From the NCBI GenBank assembly GCA_017465145.1, contig JAFTWU010000005.1, positions 83,394 through 147,393 of the forward strand: DNA of 64,000 bases. Direction: 5' to 3'. The DNA is from Clostridia bacterium (GTDB lineage: Bacteria > Bacillota > Clostridia > Christensenellales > Borkfalkiaceae). Positions 41,221-48,256 of this stretch are shown here, in pieces. The position numbers and the translations under genes were made by a program. The first letter of the stretch is position 1; each line of letters opens with the position of its first letter. The notes beneath the pieces are model-generated. The model searched no databases and was not told where the DNA came from. It worked only from the letters and a program-made list of their open reading frames with translations.

Positions 41221-41642
41221 CGAGCCGACTACACCCAAGCAATGGAAGATGCCAAACAAGGCAAGTTTGCTTTTACGAAAAATGGACTAAAAACCAAATC
41301 GTCGTATTGACTGCAGAAGTTAAACGTTTAGAGGATGTCGTTGACCGTCAACAAAAAGACAACGACCTGTTATACAAGGAACACCAAGAGCTCTCAAAAT
41401 ACAAGGAGAAGTTCAATAAGATGAGTCGTGCCTACACTCTTTTTAGAGAACTAGAACCCGAAGCGTTTACACGTGCATTTCACCGTGCGCCGTCTATCGT
41501 TGGAGCATTTATTCCTATAGATGAGCCTATCGCCAACTTGGGAAAAAGCCGTTTAAGGCAAATCGAAGCAGAAATCGCAGAAGAAAAACGCCAAAAACAA
41601 ATATCCCCTTTGTCTAAGAGAAACGATAAAGGTGGAAAGTAA
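41221..41642 (+). pseudogene. Decayed coiled-coil gene (frameshifted remnant)
   Basis: The 111-aa ORF starts only at a TTG (41307). A neighbouring frame reads ...ADYTQAMEDAKQGKFAFTKNGLKTKSSY and stops at 41308-41310, consistent with a frameshift. Function unknown; a mobilisation-protein remnant is only a guess. Confidence 0.3.
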
Positions 41643-41868
41643 AATTTTTATTTATTTTATTATTTTCACAGTTGGATAATGAAATAGAGACTTCCGTAAA
41701 TCGAGATTAGTTTGTAGGCAGCGACCTAATAAAAAGACCGTAGTAAAGTAGTAATGATGAGATAATGAAATCGTAAGTCGGAAGTAAAAATACCCACAGT
41801 AACGAGTGGCATAAAAAGGAGATTAAATTCTATGAAAAAATTAAAAGGATAAACAACGAGTAAATTAA

Positions 41869-42072
41869 AAAGAGGGAAAGAATACGAGACGTAGAACAAA
41901 CACAACAGGAATTTCTAAATATGAATTCGATGCGTTAGCAAGGGCAATATTGCCAGCTATAGTACAACTTTTTGAAACTAAAGAAGGACAAAAAGGCTTT
42001 GAAGAATGGAGGAAAAAACGTAGAAAACAAAAAGAAAGACAACTTAATAATGATAATTTAGCCCACATATAG
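41869..42072 (+). pseudogene. Open frame without a start codon (gene remnant)
   Basis: ...TGISKYEFDALARAILPAIVQLFETKEGQKGFEEWRKKRRKQKERQLNNDNLAHI*. No ATG/GTG before the conserved-looking part, and stops lie immediately upstream. Confidence 0.3.
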
Positions 42073-42400
42073 TTATTGGGTTCCCGATTAAAAGAAAAAT
42101 GTAATACCTAATCGGCAATGAGCAAACATTGAATTAAAGCAAAAAACCGAGAAATGGAATCCCATTTCTCGGTGTTTTATAGTTTAAGAATTTACAAACG
42201 ATTGTCATATAAGCTTGAAAACCTGTTTTTTAAATAGTAAATAAAGAAAAAACTATTAAACGAGAACTGCAAGTTATTTTGCAAGTTCTTTTTTGTCGTA
42301 CAAAAAATAAAAATATAGTATAAAAACATAAAACAGGTTAATAATTTAATTGTTCAAACTAAAAATCTAATAAAAAAACTTAAAATTTGATTTTGAATGC

Positions 42401-42429
42401 TTGATTTCTAATAATATTAATGATATAAT
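42401..42429 (+). promoter_or_regulatory. Promoter TTGATT-17-TATAAT
   Basis: ttgatt 42401-42406, tataat 42424-42429. SD ggagg downstream. Confidence 0.55.
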
Positions 42430-42446
42430 GGAGGTGCAAAGGAGAG

Positions 42447-43853
42447 ATGATTATGAAATGCAATGTAAGAATTTTAGATATTTCTGTAAAGAATTTAAAG
42501 AATTTAAACTCTGGAAATATTGAGTTTAATTCTAGAAAGCAAGTATTAAAAGGTAATTTTGGTTTTGAAAAATCTGATATAATTGGAATTTATGGACAAA
42601 ATGGAAGTTCTAAGTCTACAGTGATTAATGCTTTTTCAATTTTGAAAAAATTGTTTTCGGGTAAAGCATTATCTACAGAATTGTTGAATTATATATCAAA
42701 GACAGCTAATGAAAGTGGATTGTGCATTAGTTTTTTCATTGAAACAAATTCTAATAAATATATTGTGGATTATAATGTTGTTTTTACGATTGATGAACAA
42801 CGAGTAAAAGCAAGTATTAAAACAGAATCAATTTCTTATAAAAAATATAGTGACGGTGCATGGACAAAAATAGCTCCTATTTTTATTATAAATAACGAGG
42901 ATTTAGCTAATTTTATTACTCCTAAAATTAATTACGCTAAGTTAATTAAAGACAATAAAGAAATTTCATCTCAGCTTTTAGTTTTAAAAGGTGAAAAAAG
43001 TTCTGGGAATTTTAGCTTTATATTTTCTGAAGAATTCAAGAATATAATTGATAATATTGAGGAATTTAAGGAATGTGCAGGTTTTATAAATCACATAAAA
43101 ATTTATTCAGTACATTATATGCACTTGTATGACAATAGAGATATTAGCAAAATTACAGCTTTAGATACAATTCCTTTTTTCTACAAAACAGAAGATACAG
43201 ATACTGTTAATAGTACTGAGGGATATTTAACTTTATTCAATGATGGTAAAATAAGCATAAAGCATGAAGAAACCATAAAGGAATATATTAAAGAGATAAA
43301 TATTGTTTTAGAAAAATTAATACCAGGAGTCGTTGTTGGAATAGAAAATTTAGGCGAAACATTAGATAAAGATGGAGAGAAATGCTTTAAATATCAATTT
43401 ATTTCAATAAAAAATGGTTTTTCTATTCCTTTGCGATTAGAGTCGGATGGAATAAAAAAAATTGTTTCGCTTCTTTCATCGTTAGTAGATGCGTTTAATA
43501 ACCCTTATTCTATTTTAATAATTGATGAATTTGATTCGGGAATATTTGAGTATCTTTTAGGAGTTATATTAGATATATTTAAAACAAAAGGTGTAGGACA
43601 ATTATTATTTACATCACATAATTTGAGAGCGTTGGAAATTATTCAAGATGATATAATTTTTACAACTAATAATCCGGATGAGCGTTTTGTTAGAATTCCT
43701 TATGTTCAGTCTTCAAATAACCTTAGAAGAAAATATTTAAGAGATTTATTTTTGAACGAAACAGAATGCTTATCTAATAAAATTGATGGATACGATATTT
43801 ATAGAGCTTTTAAAGATGCAGGAGCCTTGTGTTTGTATGGCGAAAAAAAATAA
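42447..43853 (+). CDS. ABC-type (AAA_15/21-like) ATPase, PARIS AriA-like / AbiLi-like
   Basis: 468 aa. P-loop GQNGSSKST, signature-like ESDGIKK, Walker B ILIIDEFDSG, H-loop FTSHN. Confidence 0.75.
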   Translation: MIMKCNVRILDISVKNLKNLNSGNIEFNSRKQVLKGNFGFEKSDIIGIYGQNGSSKSTVINAFSILKKLFSGKALSTELLNYISKTANESGLCISFFIETNSNKYIVDYNVVFTIDEQRVKASIKTESISYKKYSDGAWTKIAPIFIINNEDLANFITPKINYAKLIKDNKEISSQLLVLKGEKSSGNFSFIFSEEFKNIIDNIEEFKECAGFINHIKIYSVHYMHLYDNRDISKITALDTIPFFYKTEDTDTVNSTEGYLTLFNDGKISIKHEETIKEYIKEINIVLEKLIPGVVVGIENLGETLDKDGEKCFKYQFISIKNGFSIPLRLESDGIKKIVSLLSSLVDAFNNPYSILIIDEFDSGIFEYLLGVILDIFKTKGVGQLLFTSHNLRALEIIQDDIIFTTNNPDERFVRIPYVQSSNNLRRKYLRDLFLNETECLSNKIDGYDIYRAFKDAGALCLYGEKK

Positions 43854-44547
43854 GAAAAAAGTCTTACTCGTTATATGTGAAGGGCTAAGTGATGATGTTA
43901 CTATACATAAAGCTCTTAATAACTTTGCTCAAAAACAACTTGACCGTATACAGGTTGAAATAACTGATGGAGATATAGCATATAAAGAAGATATAGATGA
44001 AACTAATTGTGTAGAAAAAGTTGCCAAAATAGTAAAAGATTTTAAAATGAAGAATTTTCTATATGCTTCGGATCTTTTTGCAGTAGTCCACATTATTGAT
44101 ACGGATGGAGCTTTTATAAAAGATTCTTCAATTGTGGAAAATAGGAGCTTAAACGACCTTGTTTTTACAGAGAATCAACTTTTGACACCAAATAAAAATA
44201 TAACATTAGAGAGATTTCACAAAAAACAAAAAATATATAAAAAATTATTAGAAGAAGAATATATCGATAATGTTAAGTATTTTAAGTTTTACTTTTCTAG
44301 AAATTTAGAGCACGCTTTATACGATAAGCCTAATGCAGCCAAGCCTGAGAAAATTGCATTATCAGATGAGTTCGAAAAAACATATAAAGAGGATGCGGAA
44401 GGTTTTTATAATATAATGAATTCTATATTGTTTGCGGTCCCTAACGATTATAATAAAAGTTGGGATTATATTTTAGCAAATAATAATTCCATTAATAGGT
44501 GTAGTAATTTTATTATCTTATTAGATATGATAAAGAATAATAATTAA
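43837..44547 (+). CDS. Toprim-domain partner (DUF4435/RloB-like; AriB-like / AbiLii-like)
   Basis: ATG 43837 (MAKKNKKKVLLVICEGLSDD). Toprim Glu in ICEG and DxD in HIIDTDG. Overlaps the ATPase gene by 17 nt across an A8 tract. Confidence 0.7.
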   Translation: MAKKNKKKVLLVICEGLSDDVTIHKALNNFAQKQLDRIQVEITDGDIAYKEDIDETNCVEKVAKIVKDFKMKNFLYASDLFAVVHIIDTDGAFIKDSSIVENRSLNDLVFTENQLLTPNKNITLERFHKKQKIYKKLLEEEYIDNVKYFKFYFSRNLEHALYDKPNAAKPEKIALSDEFEKTYKEDAEGFYNIMNSILFAVPNDYNKSWDYILANNNSINRCSNFIILLDMIKNNN

Positions 44548-44692
44548 TGCTTTTAATATACTTGAAGTTAAAAAATATTTAAGCCATACATATAGCAAAA
44601 TCTATTGTATGGCTTTTTAATTGAATCACAAATAAACTACAAACCCGAAGCCATTTTTGAAGACGGCGAAAGTGTTCGGATAATTAACGATT

Positions 44693-44701
44693 GGGTCACC
44701 A
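44693..44701 (+). repeat. Short att-like remnant (gggtcacca) with its own terminator
   Basis: 9-nt match to the tRNA-Glu end. Terminator aaaagaacaac/gttgttctttt at 44706-44734. A 9-mer alone is weak evidence. Confidence 0.45.
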
Positions 44702-44872
44702 ATAAAAAAGAACAACCTCGGTTGTTCTTTTTTATTGCGTAAAGAATAATCGGGATTAGAACGGGTGGGAATCGGCAACTGAAAAGATTATATTTTTACG
44801 TATAGTTGCCGACAAACAGTAGGTGGCTACTGTTTGCCACACAGGCGTGATAGTAAACAAAGTTTACGGAGC

Positions 44873-44892
44873 GAATCCCGTAGGGGTCGTCA
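44873..44892 (+). repeat. att-like copy of the tRNA-Glu 3' end (17/20)
   Basis: gaatcccgtaggggtcgtca. Imperfect terminator hairpin at 44904-44946. Confidence 0.75.
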
Positions 44893-45035
44893 AACAAAGT
44901 AAAGACAAACCCGTTTCCTTTAGGAGACGGGTTCGCCTTTGTTTTTAGCTTAAAAAATAATTTTTAATATGTAAAACAGTGAGGATTTTCCTTGCTGTTT
45001 TGCTATTTTTAAAACCTTTCATTTGTCAGTAAACC

Positions 45036-45064
45036 TTGATTATAGGATTTTTGCGTGATATAAC
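45036..45064 (+). promoter_or_regulatory. Promoter TTGATT-17-TATAAC
   Basis: ttgatt 45036-45041, tataac 45059-45064. Confidence 0.45.
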
Positions 45065-45094
45065 CAAAGTAAAACCATATTCAAGGAGAATCAC

Positions 45095-45697
45095 ATGAAA
45101 AAATTTTATATTGGCGAAAATAAATATTTAGAGCAGAAGGTTTTGGCGTTTTATAATTGCGATTACGTTGGCTATCAAAAACAAGGCAACCCTGACTTTA
45201 TAAATCACCTTAAAAATATGACATATCAATACAATGAGTTAGATTTAGTTGAAGATTTTTTTCAGGTTTCTGAAAGGCTTGTTAAAGATATGGAAAGTAT
45301 TTTTAATAAAAGCGATTTTAAGAATTTTACAGTTTGCGTTATGCCTCGTTCTAAAAGGGAAAGCAAGTATAAACAAAGTCAACTAATGTACAAAAAAGCA
45401 ATTTCAAGTTGTGCTAATAAATTAGGTTTTATTAATGGCACGGATGCAATTATAAGAGTTAAAGACACTAAAACAACGCATAATTGGAGGCTTGAAAATG
45501 ATACGGGCGACAATCCATATAAAGGTATTACGAAAGACACTTGCAGGGTTTATTTAAGTAAAATTAAAGATAAAAATATTATTTTAGTTGACGATATCTA
45601 TACGGAAGGTGTTAACGTAATTGAAGATTGTATTCAATATCTATTTGATCTAGGCACAAAAAGTGTTATACTATACGTAACGGCAAAAACAAGGTAA
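45095..45697 (+). CDS. Phosphoribosyltransferase-domain protein (ShosT-like)
   Basis: 200 aa. PRPP-binding loop KNIILVDDIYTEGVNV near the C-terminus. SD aaggag. Confidence 0.65.
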   Translation: MKKFYIGENKYLEQKVLAFYNCDYVGYQKQGNPDFINHLKNMTYQYNELDLVEDFFQVSERLVKDMESIFNKSDFKNFTVCVMPRSKRESKYKQSQLMYKKAISSCANKLGFINGTDAIIRVKDTKTTHNWRLENDTGDNPYKGITKDTCRVYLSKIKDKNIILVDDIYTEGVNVIEDCIQYLFDLGTKSVILYVTAKTR

Positions 45698-45702
45698 AGA
45701 TT

Positions 45703-46530
45703 ATGAACTCAAATATTTCATTAAAACTTTTTGGTTTAATAAAAACGGGCGTTATAAAAACTAACGCTCACTTTTGGAAATCGTTTTATAATGAAGATTA
45801 TATAAACACTTTTCCTTGCGACTTACAAGCAATAAAACAAGAACTTGAAGCAAAAGGCATAAACGTCATAAGTGTTTTTGATAAAAACTTTCCTATTACA
45901 AACGCTAAACTTAAAAATAGTGAAAAGCCGTTTTTCTTTGCATATAAAGGCGATATAACGCTACTTAATAACGCTGATAAAAACGTTGCGGTTATAGGTG
46001 TTTTAACGCCAACTAACGAAACAGTAGAAAGAGAACAAAAAGTCATAAAAAGTTTAACTAAAAAGGGCTACAATATAGTTAGTGGGCTTGCAAAAGGTTG
46101 CGATACGGTTGCACATAGCGAAAGTATTAAAAACAATGCAAAAACTATTGTTTTTCTTCCGTCAACAATAGAAAATATTTATCCTAAAGAAAATGTAGGC
46201 TTAGCAAACAAAATCGTAGAAAATGGTGGACTTATAATAACCGAATACGTAAACGAGTCTAAAAACAAATACGAAACGGTTAAACGATTTATCGAACGTG
46301 ATAGGTTGCAAGCATTGTATTCAAAGGCCGTAATTTTAATTGCAAGTTATCGCAAAAATGAAGGCGATAGTGGTTCTCGCCACGCTTTTGAAAAGGCAAA
46401 ACAATACGGCAAAAAAAGGCTTGTTATGTATAGAGAAAGCGACTCTAACGATTTAACGTTTGGGTTAAATAAAGACTACGTTATGCAGGGTGAAAAAGTC
46501 GTATCGCAAAAAGAAATTGAGGGACTATAA
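45703..46530 (+). CDS. DprA/Smf-like (SLOG/Rossmann) protein (ShosA-like)
   Basis: 275 aa. NVAVIGVLTPT...IVSGLAKGCDTVAHSESIKNNAKTIVFLPSTIENIYPKEN...GGLIITEY matches the DprA core pattern. Confidence 0.7.
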   Translation: MNSNISLKLFGLIKTGVIKTNAHFWKSFYNEDYINTFPCDLQAIKQELEAKGINVISVFDKNFPITNAKLKNSEKPFFFAYKGDITLLNNADKNVAVIGVLTPTNETVEREQKVIKSLTKKGYNIVSGLAKGCDTVAHSESIKNNAKTIVFLPSTIENIYPKENVGLANKIVENGGLIITEYVNESKNKYETVKRFIERDRLQALYSKAVILIASYRKNEGDSGSRHAFEKAKQYGKKRLVMYRESDSNDLTFGLNKDYVMQGEKVVSQKEIEGL

Positions 46531-47004
46531 TTGGTTTACGTTGTAGATTTAGACGATACGTTAGTTTTGACAAAACACTTAAATAACGACGCCTACAATT
46601 TTGCTTTAGAGAAAAATGGTAAAAGTCGGATTAAAACTAATAAACGTCTAACACGAGAGAACTTTGGCGAAACGGCTAGCAAGAAATTAATAACCGACAA
46701 GCAAAATTATTTTGCTCAAAAGTGGCTTAAATATAGAGTGGTTGTTAACGAAGAAATATTAAAGATATTGCAAGAACAAGATAAAGAAAATTGCTATCTT
46801 TGGACAAGTGCAGATAAAAACCGAGCCGATTTTATATTAAAAGAACTTGATTTGTATAAGTACTTTAATAAAGTTATTTATGATGATAAAAAAGATTTGA
46901 ATAGTTCATTAAAAAGATTAAAAGACATTACCAAAAGTAACGTCTTTTTAATTTTTGAAGATGTTCAATCTAGTACTAAGAGTCTATGCTATACTAATAG
47001 GTGA
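46531..47004 (+). CDS. Small HAD-superfamily hydrolase
   Basis: 157 aa. TTG start directly after the preceding stop, with gaggga 7 nt upstream. Motif I VVDLDDTLV, motif II-like LWTSA, acidic motif YDDKKD. Confidence 0.6.
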   Translation: MVYVVDLDDTLVLTKHLNNDAYNFALEKNGKSRIKTNKRLTRENFGETASKKLITDKQNYFAQKWLKYRVVVNEEILKILQEQDKENCYLWTSADKNRADFILKELDLYKYFNKVIYDDKKDLNSSLKRLKDITKSNVFLIFEDVQSSTKSLCYTNR

Positions 47005-47036
47005 ATTGTTTTTGTTTAGCTATAAACAAAAATATA

Positions 47037-47065
47037 TTGAGATATTTCCTTAGTCATGTTATAAT
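47037..47065 (+). promoter_or_regulatory. Promoter TTGAGA-17-TATAAT
   Basis: ttgaga 47037-47042, tataat 47060-47065. Confidence 0.5.
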
Positions 47066-47188
47066 AAAAAAAATTAGTTTATGTAGATTATTCTATTAGG
47101 TTAAAGCGTAACAAGTAAAAAAATTAACATTTGCTATAACTATAATGCTTACGATGTAATTAAAAAACTGTGAAGGAATAAAGAGATA

Positions 47189-47800
47189 ATGACTAAAAAG
47201 AAAGTTTATACAATAGGTTATACAACCTTTGACATTGACAACTTTATAAAAGAATTAAAAGAGAATAAGATAACTTGTGTTGTTGACGTAAGAAGTTCTC
47301 CTAAGTCTAGTTATTATAAAGATTTTGATTCAGACGTTTTCGAAAGTCGTTTAAAAAACGAAGGAATTTTATATAGAAATTATGCTTTTGAATTTGGGGC
47401 AAGGCAGGAAGATAAGTCTTTGTATCCTAATGGTTATTTGGATTTTGAAATGTTTTCTAAGACTGCAAATTTTAAGCAAGGCGTAAAAAAATTAGAGTCC
47501 GGTATTAATTTAAATCAAACTTTTGCTCTGATGTGTGCGGAAAAAGATCCATATAATTGTCACAGATGTATAATGGTTGCAAGATTTTTGCAAGACTATG
47601 GCTTTGAGATTATTCATATCGTAGGGCATAACGAATTTGTTTCTCAAAAGGAAATTGAAGAAAGACTCATGAACGAATATTACCCTAAGCGCAACCAATT
47701 TTCGTTATTTCCAGAGGAGAATTTGAGCGATGAAGAGTGTTTATTATGCGCGTATCGAAAAAGAAATAAGGATATTGGGTTTAGGATAGAGGAGGAATAA
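47189..47800 (+). CDS. DUF488-family protein (long paralog)
   Basis: 203 aa. VYTIGYT, VVDVRSSPKS, MCAEKDPYNCHRC, EIIHI. Confidence 0.75.
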   Translation: MTKKKVYTIGYTTFDIDNFIKELKENKITCVVDVRSSPKSSYYKDFDSDVFESRLKNEGILYRNYAFEFGARQEDKSLYPNGYLDFEMFSKTANFKQGVKKLESGINLNQTFALMCAEKDPYNCHRCIMVARFLQDYGFEIIHIVGHNEFVSQKEIEERLMNEYYPKRNQFSLFPEENLSDEECLLCAYRKRNKDIGFRIEEE

Positions 47801-47801
47801 A

Positions 47802-48242
47802 ATGAAGTTATACACGATTGGGTTTACACAAAAATCGGCAAGAGAATTCTTTGAGCTCATAAAGAAAAACGAAATAGAATTGTTAATAGATATTAGATTA
47901 AACAACGTTTCTCAACTTGCGGGTTTTGCTAAAGGTAAGGATTTAGAATATTTTTTAACTGAAATTTGCAATTGCAAATACGTGCATGATGATTTGTTTG
48001 CTCCAACAAAAGAACTTTTGGAAGATTATCGTGCAAAAAAAACATCTTGGGATAAATATGAAGAAATCTTCTCTAATATAATCAAAGGTCGCAATCTTGT
48101 AGAAAGATTTAAAAAGCTTTATACAAAGAGTGAAAAAGTTTGTTTGTTATGTACAGAACCTACGGCGAAGCAATGTCATAGAAGACTTGTTGCAGAGTAC
48201 TTAAAAGATAATATGGAAGGAGTTGAAATAATCCACATCTAA
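47802..48242 (+). CDS. DUF488-family protein (short paralog)
   Basis: 146 aa. LYTIGFT, LIDIRLNN, LCTEPTAKQCHRR, EIIHI. Starts 1 nt after the preceding stop. Confidence 0.75.
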   Translation: MKLYTIGFTQKSAREFFELIKKNEIELLIDIRLNNVSQLAGFAKGKDLEYFLTEICNCKYVHDDLFAPTKELLEDYRAKKTSWDKYEEIFSNIIKGRNLVERFKKLYTKSEKVCLLCTEPTAKQCHRRLVAEYLKDNMEGVEIIHI

Positions 48243-48256
48243 TTGAGGGAAAACAA

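Noticed and set aside
41865-42068. 67-aa minus-strand ORF
   Set aside because: Its translation is hydrophobic and low-complexity. The plus-strand frame over the same bases reads like a real (though startless) protein remnant.
40807-44892. Repeated tRNA-end 20-mers as a possible CRISPR-like array
   Set aside because: Spacing is irregular (about 160 nt up to 3.5 kb). The repeats are tRNA-derived and each is followed by a terminator. No cas genes are present.
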